DNA of 64,000 nucleotides. Source: an uncultured Acidobacteriota bacterium (GTDB taxonomy: Bacteria; Acidobacteriota; Thermoanaerobaculia; Gp7-AA8). This document shows, one piece after another, positions 35,673 through 45,918 of the stretch. The translations under genes and the position numbers were made by a program. Position 1 is the first letter of the stretch, and each line of letters opens with the position of its first letter. Under the pieces are notes generated by a model. The model was given only the letters and a program-made list of their open reading frames with translations, did no database searches and had not been told where the DNA came from. The stretch is taken from contig CAVUKB010000005.1 of NCBI GenBank assembly GCA_963741955.1, positions 1,280,001-1,344,000 of the forward strand, written 5' to 3'.

Positions 35673-36863
35673 TCACACTCGCTCGACCGCCATCGAGATC
35701 CCCATCCCCCCCGAAATGCAGAGCGTCGCGAGTCCGAGCGACTGGTCACGGAAATGAAGAGCGTGGACGAGCGTGGTGAGAATTCTCGCGCCGGTCGCAC
35801 CGATCGGATGTCCGAGCGCGATCGAGCCGCCGTGCACATTCATCCGATCGCGGTCGAAATGGAGCTCGCGGTCGCACGCCAGAACCTGTGCGGCGAACGC
35901 TTCGTTCAGCTCCACCAGATCGAAGTCCGAGATCTCCATCTGCGACTCCGAGAGGAGCTTCCGCGTCGCCGGGACCGGCCCGATCCCCATTACCTTCGGA
36001 TCGACTGCCGCCTGGGTGTACGCCTTGAGCCGGGCCATCGGGCGGAGTCCGTGCCGCGCAACGGCTTCGCCGCTGGCGACGATCATCGCGGCCGCGCCGT
36101 CGGTGATCCCCGAAGCGTTGCCCGCGTGAACCGTCCCTCCCTTCCGAAAGACCGTCGGGAGTTTCGCCATCCCTTCGAGAGTCGCGTCGAAACGGGGATG
36201 CTCGTCGCGGTCGACGATGGTGGTCCCCTTCTTCCCCTCCATCGTCACCGGAACGATCTCGTTTGCGAATGCCCCTTCCTCGTATGCAACCCTGGTTCGT
36301 CGCTGCGTCTCCACTGCATATTCGTCCTGCTCACCCCGACTGATGCCGTACCGCTCGGCGAGTGTCTCGGCGGTCGCACCCATCAACTCCTCGGCGAGTG
36401 GGCAGAGAAAGCCGTCTCGCACCATTCCGTCGACGATCTCCGCGTCGCCCATCCGCCATCCCCAGCGGACTCGTGGAAGCATGAACGGAGTGTTCGACAT
36501 CGATTCCGTCCCTCCCGCAACCACGACGGATGCTTGACCAAGACGGATCTGGTCGGCCGCGTTCATCACCGCCCGCAGGCCCGACCCGCACGCTTGATTG
36601 ACGGTGTATGCAGGGACGGATTCCGACAGGCCACTCCGCATCGCGACCTGCCGAGCCGGATTCGGTCCCACCCCCGCCTGTCGTGCGTTTCCGAAGATCA
36701 GTTCGTCCACCGCGGACATTTCGATCCCCGAGCGCTCCAGGACTGCCCCGACGACCCTGGTTCCGAGCTCGACCGCAGTGAGTGACGACAGCGCGCCTCC
36801 GAACTTCCCGATCGGAGTGCGGAGAGGTTCAACCAGGAAAATGTCTTCATCGATTCGACCCAT
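35673..36863 (-). CDS. Acetyl-CoA C-acetyltransferase (thiolase), second paralog
   Basis: NQACGSG, NEAFA, GHPIGATG, CISGG. Confidence 0.92.
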   Translation of the reverse strand: MGRIDEDIFLVEPLRTPIGKFGGALSSLTAVELGTRVVGAVLERSGIEMSAVDELIFGNARQAGVGPNPARQVAMRSGLSESVPAYTVNQACGSGLRAVMNAADQIRLGQASVVVAGGTESMSNTPFMLPRVRWGWRMGDAEIVDGMVRDGFLCPLAEELMGATAETLAERYGISRGEQDEYAVETQRRTRVAYEEGAFANEIVPVTMEGKKGTTIVDRDEHPRFDATLEGMAKLPTVFRKGGTVHAGNASGITDGAAAMIVASGEAVARHGLRPMARLKAYTQAAVDPKVMGIGPVPATRKLLSESQMEISDFDLVELNEAFAAQVLACDRELHFDRDRMNVHGGSIALGHPIGATGARILTTLVHALHFRDQSLGLATLCISGGMGISMAVERV

Positions 36864-37890
36864 GTACCTCGACCTTTCCCGCCAGCAGATCAATCACCAG
36901 CTTCTCGTACGTGCCGACCGCGCTCAAAAGATCCTTCTTCTCAATCCGTTCCTCGGGTCCGTGCGCGTCGAGAATCGATCCGGGGCCGAAAAGGAACGGA
37001 GCGCCGAACCGCGGAAGGTGCGGCACATCCGTATTGAACGACACGACAGCTCCCGCTTCACCCGCCGGCACGTTCATGAAAGTCGGGGCATTGCCGTGCG
37101 TGAACGTGATCTCTCCGTCGTGCCGCCGGAGAATCTCTTCGAGCCGGGTCTGCACCTCCCGGGGCGAACCGACGGTTCGAAAGATCATGTCCGCCTCCGC
37201 GCGGCCGGCGATGACATTCGCCTTCTCTCCCCCCGCGATGCGTCCCACGTTCACCGTCGCACGTCCGAGCTCCGGGTGTGAGCCCCAGTCCAGAGACGCG
37301 ATCTCGGCGACCGCTGCGACCAGCTTCATCACCGCCGAGTCGCCGCGCGCCGGATATGCGGAATGCCCTGAGACACCTTTGAACACAACGGTGCAGGTGA
37401 AAGCCCCTTTCGACGCCTTCACGAACTTCGATTCGGTCGGCTCTCCGACCACGAGAAACTCGCTCCCGAGGTCCCCGAGCTCCCGGTTCGCCCACTTCGC
37501 CCCAACCGAGTCCGTCTCCTCGCCGACTACGAAAAGAAACGCGAATTCGTTCACCGAGTGCGCGATCAGCTTCTCACCGGCGGCGATCATCGCCGCGATG
37601 ATCCCCTTGGTGTCGCAAGCTCCGCGGCCGTAGATGCATGTCTCGTCTTCTCTGGAAGAAAAGAACGGCGGAACCGTGTCGAGGTGAGAACAGAGCACCA
37701 CCCTCGGGGGCGCACCGGTTCGCGCCAGGACGTTGAATCGATCCGGCGCGACTTCCTGCCGACGGCACTCGAAGCCGAGGGCGCTTACTCGGCTCTCGAC
37801 GAAAGCGGCGACGTCTGATTCCGCTCCCGTCGGAGATGGAATGTCGATCAGCTGGCGCGCTAGTGCGATGGGATCGATGGGCACACTCAC
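36847..37890 (-). CDS. M20 metallopeptidase/deacetylase (ArgE/DapE-like)
   Basis: SHLDTVPP, GRGACDTKG, GEE, GEPT, AHGPEE. Confidence 0.88.
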   Translation of the reverse strand: MSVPIDPIALARQLIDIPSPTGAESDVAAFVESRVSALGFECRRQEVAPDRFNVLARTGAPPRVVLCSHLDTVPPFFSSREDETCIYGRGACDTKGIIAAMIAAGEKLIAHSVNEFAFLFVVGEETDSVGAKWANRELGDLGSEFLVVGEPTESKFVKASKGAFTCTVVFKGVSGHSAYPARGDSAVMKLVAAVAEIASLDWGSHPELGRATVNVGRIAGGEKANVIAGRAEADMIFRTVGSPREVQTRLEEILRRHDGEITFTHGNAPTFMNVPAGEAGAVVSFNTDVPHLPRFGAPFLFGPGSILDAHGPEERIEKKDLLSAVGTYEKLVIDLLAGKVEVHGSNR

Positions 37891-38052
37891 CTCGGCGCGG
37901 GCATTCTAACCCGGCCGCGCCGCCTGGGAAGAACCCATTCCCAACCTCTCGCGCTTCGCCCCCAGGTCAACCGGCGGAGCGATTCTCCCGCGGACTGAAG
38001 GTTCCTCCCGGGACGTTCGGGCGATGATGACCTGCGCGCATAAAACGTCCAA

Positions 38053-38065
38053 TATCAATAATTTA
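38053..38065 (+). promoter_or_regulatory. IHF binding site
   Basis: TATCAATAATTTA, an exact match to WATCAANNNNTTR, in an AT-rich patch. Confidence 0.65.
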
Positions 38066-38081
38066 GACGTAAGGGCCAGGA

Positions 38082-38097
38082 TGGCATCCGGAATGCT
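38082..38097 (+). promoter_or_regulatory. Sigma54 -24/-12 promoter
   Basis: TGGCAT-CCGGA-ATGCT with GG-N10-GC spacing, immediately downstream of the IHF site. Confidence 0.65.
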
Positions 38098-38134
38098 ACT
38101 CCCAAGGTGGAACGTTCAGTTATTTGTGAGTGCT

Positions 38135-39076
38135 ATGAGAGAAGAAACGAACTGCATCAAATGCAATCGGCGGATCGACGGGACGGCCCGGCTCTGTCCC
38201 TTCTGCAACTGGGACCAGAGCGAGGCACCACCCGAACCGGAAGCAGTCGAGGCGCCCCCCGAACCTATTGTGGAACCCACCGGCAGGCTCGGACGGTTTC
38301 GATCTCTTTCTCCCGCTGCGCGGCAGGCTCTGCTCATCGCCGCAGCTGCGATCCTCCTGATCGGGACGTTCGCGATAGGAGGAGCGGTCTATGCGATTGG
38401 AAAACATGGGCCGCGTGAACGCTCGGACGATTCAACCGCCCGGATTCAGACGACGACTTCTGCGCCAGCAGCGGATAGACAAAAGCCCGGGGTCGCTTCG
38501 GATCTTCAGCTCGTCCCCAGCGGTTCCTCGTTGACGGGCGCTCCAGTCACTTCCGCTCCGGTGGCCGCTCCGGATCAGTCGGCAGATGCGACGCTCGACC
38601 GAACCGACGCGACCGCTCTCGCGGCGGATGCATACGCGAAGGCGGTGAAGAGTGCGTCGATGGCGTCTGCATCCGCAAACGGTACCCAGACTCCGCAAGC
38701 GCCGGAAACGGCGGCGGCGCTCGATCCACGAACGATCCGGACGCGACGCTACGACGTGGCCCCGAAACCGCCGGAGCCGAAGCAGCCGGCCCCTTCGGCA
38801 GCGGCTCCCGTGAAGATCGCCGAGACGCACGCAACGGAACCGGTACCGATCTCGCAACCGGTCCCGCAGCTTCACAACCGCGGGTCCGTCCGATTCAATC
38901 TGACCATCGGGAGAGACGGCCGGGTGAAAAGAGTGGACGTACTGCACACGTCGCCGGGGCTGACGCCTCCGATGATCGCGGCGGTGCAGAGGTGGCGATT
39001 CAGGCCTGCGACCGAAGACGGCAGGCCGGTTGAGGGGCAATTTCTCGTCGATGTATCCTTTAACGGAGATGAATGA
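38135..39076 (+). CDS. Zinc-ribbon/TM/TonB C-terminal domain protein
   Basis: CIKC...CPFC, one TM helix, Ala/Pro linker, IGRDGRV...AVQRWRFRPA..DGRPV TonB_C. Confidence 0.78.
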   Translation: MREETNCIKCNRRIDGTARLCPFCNWDQSEAPPEPEAVEAPPEPIVEPTGRLGRFRSLSPAARQALLIAAAAILLIGTFAIGGAVYAIGKHGPRERSDDSTARIQTTTSAPAADRQKPGVASDLQLVPSGSSLTGAPVTSAPVAAPDQSADATLDRTDATALAADAYAKAVKSASMASASANGTQTPQAPETAAALDPRTIRTRRYDVAPKPPEPKQPAPSAAAPVKIAETHATEPVPISQPVPQLHNRGSVRFNLTIGRDGRVKRVDVLHTSPGLTPPMIAAVQRWRFRPATEDGRPVEGQFLVDVSFNGDE

Positions 39077-39593
39077 TCCGGCCGAATGTGCCGCCTGCGG
39101 TCGATCGATCGACGCTGACGCGAAGATCTGTCCTTTCTGCGGAGCCGACGCGCACACAGGCGAGAAGATCGACACCGCCGCCATTCTCCGCGAGCACTTC
39201 TCGACCCGGAAAGCGCCACCGCGCGAACGGTTCGTCGATTTCTTCCGGCACCGACAGACGGTCGTGATGGCCCTGGTCGTCCTCGGGATCATCGGGTCCC
39301 TGATCGTCGTCCACCAGATCATCTCGCGGCAACAGCAGGACGTCCGCGATATCCCCGCGATCCCGCTCAGCCAGCTGGTCGAGACGCACGAGGCGACGCC
39401 AAAGACGCAGCCGCCGCCCCTCCCCGACGTCGAGTTCCAGTATCACGGCGATGAGAAGGACGCCCGAACGCTGATCACCGAGCCGGGAGCCGTTGCGCCG
39501 GCACCACCTCCCCAGGTCACCTCCACCGCGACGACCTCCACGACACGCGAAGGCAACACCACCGTATCTCAGCCCGCTCGGCCGCAGCCCTAA
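39069..39593 (+). CDS. Zinc-ribbon single-TM protein
   Basis: CAACG...CPFCG, TM helix, Pro/Thr-rich tail; overlaps upstream stop. Confidence 0.7.
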   Translation: MNDPAECAACGRSIDADAKICPFCGADAHTGEKIDTAAILREHFSTRKAPPRERFVDFFRHRQTVVMALVVLGIIGSLIVVHQIISRQQQDVRDIPAIPLSQLVETHEATPKTQPPPLPDVEFQYHGDEKDARTLITEPGAVAPAPPPQVTSTATTSTTREGNTTVSQPARPQP

Positions 39594-39610
39594 CCCGCAT
39601 TTCTCACAAT

Positions 39611-40786
39611 TCAGCCGGCGCGGTCCCACGCCTCGACCACCAACCGATGAAACATCCGCCGGACGTTCTGCATGTTCAACGGTTTGTACGATGGATGGAG
39701 CCGGTTCGTGAGAAGAATCAGAATCAGATCGCGCCGAGGATCGACCCAGACCGAAGTCCCGGTGAATCCGGTGTGCCCGAAGCATGATTCGGACAGCAGA
39801 GACGAGGGATGGTCCGGACGGGTGATCTGGAGCTGCCAGCCGAGACCGCGGTTCTCCTCGAGTCCGACTGTGTAATTGCGCAACGCCACCTTCACCAGAT
39901 CCGCGGGGAGGAGATCGCCGCCTCCCCGGAGCCACGTCGAAGCGACCACCCACAGATCGCGGGCAGAGGAGAAGAGCCCTGCGTTTCCCGCCATCCCCCC
40001 CATGTACCAGGCATTCCCGTCGTTCACCTCTCCCCAGATCATGTACCGGCGAAACCCGGAGAAGGAGAGGTTCCTCGCAGCCACCATCTGCCGTTCGTTG
40101 ACGTTGCCCCACTCGGTCGCCGCGATCGCGAACTTCAGCTCCGGCGGCGGGTTGAACATCGAAAGACCGAGTCCGAGGGGCTGAAAGATCTTTCTGCTGC
40201 TGAGCGATTCGACCGTTTCACTCCACAACCTCTCCAGTGCGAGCTGGAGAAGAATGAATCCGAGGCACGAATAGATCTCCCGGGTCCCAGGCCGGTAGCG
40301 GAGCGGCCGGCGCACGATGGCATCGAGGTACGCTCCGTCTCCTGTGCCCTGGGTGTAGAGCGGATACCAGGCCTGAAAACCTCCCCGGTGGGTGAGCAGA
40401 TCGATCCAGGTCAGATCGTCCTTGCCGGTTCCGCGAAGCTCCGTCAGAACTTCGGCGACCGGAGCGTCCAGCCGCAGACGCCCTTCCGCCGCCGAGATCA
40501 GCACCAGGGTCGCAGTGATGACGGGCTTGGTCAGCGACGCGACGTCGAAGATGGTCTCCGCCGTCATGGCGAGTCTGGCCGGCTTGAGTGCGGAATGGCC
40601 GATCGGCTGCTCGAGGAGAATCTCGCGTGAGGATCCGATCAGCCACACCGCACCGGGAAAGCTCCCGATGGCAATCTCGCGGGAGAGAAGCCGCTGCACA
40701 TCTTCGCGGATCGACTGCAGAAGCGGATCGGAGATCCGGCGCGGCCCCCCCGCAGATCCTCCATTTTCGGCTGCGATCTCCCTCAC
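39611..40786 (-). CDS. Serine hydrolase, beta-lactamase/AmpC-like family
   Basis: ASLTK (SxxK), LLTH, YSC (YxN position), GHTGFTG. Confidence 0.88.
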   Translation of the reverse strand: MREIAAENGGSAGGPRRISDPLLQSIREDVQRLLSREIAIGSFPGAVWLIGSSREILLEQPIGHSALKPARLAMTAETIFDVASLTKPVITATLVLISAAEGRLRLDAPVAEVLTELRGTGKDDLTWIDLLTHRGGFQAWYPLYTQGTGDGAYLDAIVRRPLRYRPGTREIYSCLGFILLQLALERLWSETVESLSSRKIFQPLGLGLSMFNPPPELKFAIAATEWGNVNERQMVAARNLSFSGFRRYMIWGEVNDGNAWYMGGMAGNAGLFSSARDLWVVASTWLRGGGDLLPADLVKVALRNYTVGLEENRGLGWQLQITRPDHPSSLLSESCFGHTGFTGTSVWVDPRRDLILILLTNRLHPSYKPLNMQNVRRMFHRLVVEAWDRAG

Positions 40787-41068
40787 TCACTCCTCGGCGT
40801 ACGCGCCGTCGGACGCGATCGTCGCGCCGGCGCCTTCACGGCCTCTTCATTGTACGCGGATCGATTCGACATGCGCGGCCCCGGCCGGGGCCGGATTCCG
40901 TCCGGATGGAGAGAATTCACGGAATCAGCGACCGGATCGATCGAGTTTCCCCTCTCGACGACTCGAGGAGGCTGCGCGGCGGGAATCTCTGGAGCGGCCG
41001 CGGTGAATCTGCTAACATCCGCCGACCTCTGAAACCCAATTCCTAATCAGGTCGATCCGAACGCGTTC

Positions 41069-44000
41069 ATGTTCCGTCTCGAAAAACTTCAGATCTCAGG
41101 ATTCAAATCGTTCTACGACCCCGCGGAGATCATTTTCCCGGGGGCGATGACGGCCATCGTCGGCCCGAACGGTTGCGGGAAGTCCAACATCTCCGACGCC
41201 CTGATCTGGGTGCTTGGAGAGCACCGCGCCAGCAACATCCGCGGCGAGACGATGGAAGACGTCATCTTCCAGGGCTCGGAGCGGAGGAAGGCGCTCGGGA
41301 TGGGCGAAGTCACTCTGATCCTGAGCACCGACAACGGTGACGAGGTCGCGGACGACGGGCGGCTGACGATCAACCGTCGGGTCTTCCGGACCGGCGAATC
41401 GGAGTTCCGGCTGAACGGGAAACGGGTCCGGCTCAAAGACATCGCCGACATCCTCATGGACACCGGTCTCGGGATCCGCAACTACTCGGTGATGGAGCAG
41501 GGAAAAATCGATCTGATCCTGTCGAACAAACCTCAGGATCGGCGGAAACTGATCGAGGAAGCCGCCGGAATCACCAAGTACAAGACGAAGCGGCGCGCCG
41601 CGGAGCTGAAGCTCGACGAGACGCAGGCGAACCTCCTGCGGATCGACGACACGCTCGCGGAAGTGAACCGGAACCTCAACTCCCTCAAGCGGCAGGCATC
41701 GAAGGCACGCCGCCACAAGGAGCTGGTGGAACAGCTCTCCAGCGCGAAGCGGTCTCTCTACGCCGGGCGCGTAATTGCGGCGCGGACCGAACAGTCGGCG
41801 GCGGAAGAGGCTCTCGCTGCGGCGCAGAACGGCGAGAGCGAAGCGGCCGCTACGCTCGGACAGGTGGAGGCGGAGCTCGCGGAGTCGCGACGCGTCCTCG
41901 CCGACCGCTCGACGCGCGTCTCGACGCTTCGAGACGAGATCGGAAGACTGAGCGTCGAAGCGGAACGTCTCCGCGAGTTTCTCGCCCAGTCTGAAACCTC
42001 CCTCTCCGATCTCGTGCAGCGCTCCGAGAATTCACGGGGACAGGTCTCCACTCTGGAAGCGGAAGCGGTCGAACAGCAGGCGCTGCTGGACGAGAAGAGC
42101 CGCGCTCTCGAGAGCGCGACCGCGGAACGGAACCGCCTGCGAGAAGCGTCCGACGAGACCGAACAGGCACGCCAGCAGAGAGCCAACCAGGTGCGGGATC
42201 TGGAGCGGACACTCGCGACTTCGCGCGAATCGCTGATGCGAACCATCGCCCGCATCTCCGAGTCCAGGAATCAGGTCCACCAGATCGAGATCGCCGTCGA
42301 GAAGTGTGAGTTCTACCTCGGCAAGCTCGACGACACCGCGCGGAAAGTCTCCGAGGGACGGCAGGAAGCCGCAGCGCGAATGGAAGAAGCGGACCGGATG
42401 CTCCGCGAAGCCGAATCCGCGATGGTCCACGCGCAACATGCGTTGCGAGATGCGCTCGATCGGCGGAACGCCCTCACCTCCCGTCGGGACGAAGTCCTCG
42501 ACTCGCTCAAGAGCGCCCGCGATTCCATCTCGCAGACCACCTACAAGATCGACTCTCTCCGTACTCTCCTCCAGTCGCTCGAATCTCAGGACGAGGAAGT
42601 GCGGCGCGCAGTCCTCGATCTCGCTCCGACTGCCAGCTCCGCCGCAGAAGCGGTTCATGCAGCGCCTGGATACGAGATCGCTCTCGACGCGCTTCTCCGT
42701 GACATCAGCCGTGCGGTGGTGATCGACGACTCGGCGACCGCGGTCGAGGCGATCCGTCGGCTGCACGAGCGCGGCGCGGGCCGCGGTGCCTTCATCGCAC
42801 TCGATTATCGGGCCGATGCCGTCGCTCTCTCCGAAGGGGGAGCGGAGCACGTCATCCTCGGAGACGGTCCGGTCGCAGACGCCGTCCGGGCCGCAGTCCC
42901 CGAGGCGTACGTGGTCGACGATCTCGCCCGGGCGCTCGAGGAAGCCCGCCGGCGACCGCACGCCACGTTCGTCACCCGCGACGGGGACATGGTTCGCGGA
43001 CCGCTCGTGTACGGCGGAAAGAAGGCCGGAGGCACCGGCATCTTTTCCATCAAACGAGAGGTCGCCGATCTCGAGGCGCTCCTCAGTTCCGAACAGGAGC
43101 GCGCGAGCGGCATCGCGGGAGATCTCGAGCGGCTGGAAGAGGAGCTTCGAACTGCCGACGATACCCGGATCCTCTCCGAAGAACGGCAGCGTCAGTCGGA
43201 ACAGAACCTGCGCGAGCAGGCGAAGGCGCGTGAGCTGGTGATCGCAGAGCTCGAGAGGTTCGATAAGGACCTCGCGGTCGCATCGGAAGAGCGCTCCCTC
43301 TACCACGAAGAAAAAGTGCAGCTCCTCGAACGGAAGAGCCAGGCGCAACAGGAGCTTCGCGAACTGGAATCGGCGGAACAGTCGACTCAGGAAAAGATCC
43401 GGGAGACGGAAGAGCTCCTGAAGAACGCTCGCATCGAGTTCGAGGAGATCACCGAAGTCAGTTCGCGCGCACGCGTCGACCTCGAATCGGCGGTCGGACG
43501 CGTCAACTCGATTCAGCGCGAGCACGAGAACTACTCCCGCATCGTCCTGTCGCTCGCGAATCGCACCCGTGAGCTGAAATCGGAGATCGAATCGCTCGAG
43601 CGTCGCAGGAGCGAGACCGAGGAAGCATCGGAATCTGCCCGGACCAATCTCGAGAAGACGCTGGTGACGCTGAGAGACCTCGGCGAACAGCGGATTGCCC
43701 TGGAAGCTCAGGTGGCCGAGCTCGACGAGAGGGTCCGTGCACTCGACGAATCCGCCACTGCATCGCGAGAGGAGTGGAACCGCAGGAGGGGCGCTCTCTT
43801 CGAAGCGGAACGGCGTCTCGACCGTTCCCGGAGCGCGTTCGATCTCCTTCGCGAACAGATCCTTCTCGACCTCCACGCAGGAATCGAGGCTCTCGGCGAA
43901 GTCGAGCCACCTGCGGATGATGAAACGCGCGAGCAGCTCGAATCCGAATCGACGCGGCTCGCCGAACAGATCGAGAAGATCGGACCGGTGAACGTCCTCG

Positions 44001-44584
44001 CAATCGACGAATACCACGAGCTCGAGGAGCGGGAGAAGTTCCTCCGCACCCAGCGGGACGACCTCGTGCAGTCGATCGAATCACTCCGCTCGACGATCCG
44101 GAAGATCAACATTACGTCGCGAGAGCTCTTCCGCGATGCATTCACCGCAGTCAACGAGAGCTTCGGCCAGATCTTCGTCTCGCTCTTCGGTGGAGGAAAG
44201 GCGGCGATGCAGCTGCTCGACGAGGACGATATTCTCGAGAGCGGCATCGAGCTGATCGCACAGCCTCCCGGGAAGAAGACCAACTCGATCGCCCTCCTCT
44301 CGGGCGGTGAGCGCGCGCTGACTGCTCTGGCCCTCCTTTTCGCGATCTTCCGCTACAAGCCGAGTCCCTTCTGTCTTCTCGACGAAGTCGACGCGCCTCT
44401 CGACGAAGTGAACAACGAACGTTTCGTCCGCCTGGTGCGGGAGATGTCGCGCGACACGCAGTTCATCGTCATCACCCATTCGAAACGAACGATGGAGGCG
44501 GCCGACATCCTCTACGGCGTGACGATGGAAGAAGCCGGTTGCTCGCGACTGGTTTCCGTCTCGTTCGCGGACATGGAAGCTTAG
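41069..44584 (+). CDS. smc: Chromosome segregation protein SMC
   Basis: GFKSF, GPNGCGKSN, coiled coils with hinge, LSGGE, LLDEVDAPLD, ITH. Confidence 0.95.
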   Translation: MFRLEKLQISGFKSFYDPAEIIFPGAMTAIVGPNGCGKSNISDALIWVLGEHRASNIRGETMEDVIFQGSERRKALGMGEVTLILSTDNGDEVADDGRLTINRRVFRTGESEFRLNGKRVRLKDIADILMDTGLGIRNYSVMEQGKIDLILSNKPQDRRKLIEEAAGITKYKTKRRAAELKLDETQANLLRIDDTLAEVNRNLNSLKRQASKARRHKELVEQLSSAKRSLYAGRVIAARTEQSAAEEALAAAQNGESEAAATLGQVEAELAESRRVLADRSTRVSTLRDEIGRLSVEAERLREFLAQSETSLSDLVQRSENSRGQVSTLEAEAVEQQALLDEKSRALESATAERNRLREASDETEQARQQRANQVRDLERTLATSRESLMRTIARISESRNQVHQIEIAVEKCEFYLGKLDDTARKVSEGRQEAAARMEEADRMLREAESAMVHAQHALRDALDRRNALTSRRDEVLDSLKSARDSISQTTYKIDSLRTLLQSLESQDEEVRRAVLDLAPTASSAAEAVHAAPGYEIALDALLRDISRAVVIDDSATAVEAIRRLHERGAGRGAFIALDYRADAVALSEGGAEHVILGDGPVADAVRAAVPEAYVVDDLARALEEARRRPHATFVTRDGDMVRGPLVYGGKKAGGTGIFSIKREVADLEALLSSEQERASGIAGDLERLEEELRTADDTRILSEERQRQSEQNLREQAKARELVIAELERFDKDLAVASEERSLYHEEKVQLLERKSQAQQELRELESAEQSTQEKIRETEELLKNARIEFEEITEVSSRARVDLESAVGRVNSIQREHENYSRIVLSLANRTRELKSEIESLERRRSETEEASESARTNLEKTLVTLRDLGEQRIALEAQVAELDERVRALDESATASREEWNRRRGALFEAERRLDRSRSAFDLLREQILLDLHAGIEALGEVEPPADDETREQLESESTRLAEQIEKIGPVNVLAIDEYHELEEREKFLRTQRDDLVQSIESLRSTIRKINITSRELFRDAFTAVNESFGQIFVSLFGGGKAAMQLLDEDDILESGIELIAQPPGKKTNSIALLSGGERALTALALLFAIFRYKPSPFCLLDEVDAPLDEVNNERFVRLVREMSRDTQFIVITHSKRTMEAADILYGVTMEEAGCSRLVSVSFADMEA

Positions 44585-44728
44585 CCCCTCGCTGCTCCGC
44601 TTCCTCGCTACGGACGTTTCTACTGCGCAGACTCCCAGGAAAACTCCGCGGCCAACTTTCCGTGAACCCATCCGAAACGTGATCCCGGTCACACTTTGGG
44701 CGATGCGGCTCGCGTAGAGTCCACGCCG

Positions 44729-45004
44729 ATGGACCCGCACCGTCTATCTCTCTTCAACTGTGACGTACTCCGCGAGAAGTGTCCCTCGTGCGGTGCGGAG
44801 CGCTTTCACTTCGTCTCCAAAGGGAGCTCGGCGGAAAGCTCGGAGTGCCAGAGCTGCGGCCGGCGCCGTTCGATCGTCGATCTCAGTGACACGGCGATCA
44901 TCCGGCTCGTCGTTCATCCGCAGAGCGAGATGGTCGTGTCGATCTCGAGCACGAGCAGATCCGAGAGCCGGAGCGATCAGGATTCCGATCGCGCGTCGCG
45001 CTGA
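44729..45004 (+). CDS. Small hypothetical zinc-ribbon protein
   Basis: CPSCG...CQSCG pair; TAGAGT 8 nt before ATG; overlaps convergent gene end by 28 nt. Confidence 0.45.
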   Translation: MDPHRLSLFNCDVLREKCPSCGAERFHFVSKGSSAESSECQSCGRRRSIVDLSDTAIIRLVVHPQSEMVVSISSTSRSESRSDQDSDRASR

Positions 45005-45918
45005 TCCATCACGATCCGCACCACGATCCACGCAATCAGCAGTCCCGTGAGCGCAGACGCAACGACGTCCGACGGCCAGTGACGGAACGAGAGAACTCTC
45101 GAGACTCCGACTGCCGAAGCGAGGACGAGGGCCGCGATCCGCAGCGGCCACGAACGAAATCCGAAAAAGATCACTCCACCGATCGCGAATGCGCCAATCG
45201 TGTGTCCGCTCGGAAACGAGCTCGATCCGCCCCACGCATGATGGAAGGGACCGAGCCAGAGCTCCGGTCTCGACCGGCCGATCACCGCTTTGAAGATCTG
45301 CACCGCGATTCCGCCGAAAAGCCCGGAGATGGCCATTCCCACTGCGAGAAGGGACCATCGGAGGCGCGAAAATGCCAGACCTGCCAGGAAAAAGAAAAGC
45401 ACCACCAGGGCGGGATTCATCCCTCCCCCGAAGCGGTTCATCAACCGGCTGAATCCTTCTGATCCTTCCGACTGGATGGCTTCGGCCAGCGACACCAGCG
45501 GTACATCGAGAAAAAGCCAGACCGCGCCGATGGTTGCTCCGATCGACAGCACCGCGGTCCCGAGCTTCCAGTTCGCGCAGCTGCGAAGCGCAGTGCGGGT
45601 GCGGCCGGGAATCTGCCGCGTCCGCACGGCGAGCTCACGCCACGTCTGCCGTGCCGCGTCCAGCCGGCCATGGAACAGGAGGAGGACGTACAGTCCGGCG
45701 AACCCCCAGAACACCACATCCCACGACGCCGCCTCGCGCCCCAGGAACGAATCGGCATGGATGCTGATCGGAGCCCGCACCGTGATCGCATTCAGCCAGA
45801 CCACCGGCGCCGGCCACACCAGCGCGAGCAGAAGAAGGGCCACGAAGCCGACGGACGCAACGACCACCGGCGCCACCGACGAATCGCGGGGGGTGAGCTC
45901 ATCGACGGCGGTAGACAT
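44977..45918 (-). CDS. PAP2 family membrane phosphatase
   Basis: KAVIGRSRP, PSGH, SRVLSFRHWPSD motifs; multi-TM. Confidence 0.88.
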   Translation of the reverse strand: MSTAVDELTPRDSSVAPVVVASVGFVALLLLALVWPAPVVWLNAITVRAPISIHADSFLGREAASWDVVFWGFAGLYVLLLFHGRLDAARQTWRELAVRTRQIPGRTRTALRSCANWKLGTAVLSIGATIGAVWLFLDVPLVSLAEAIQSEGSEGFSRLMNRFGGGMNPALVVLFFFLAGLAFSRLRWSLLAVGMAISGLFGGIAVQIFKAVIGRSRPELWLGPFHHAWGGSSSFPSGHTIGAFAIGGVIFFGFRSWPLRIAALVLASAVGVSRVLSFRHWPSDVVASALTGLLIAWIVVRIVMDQRDARSES

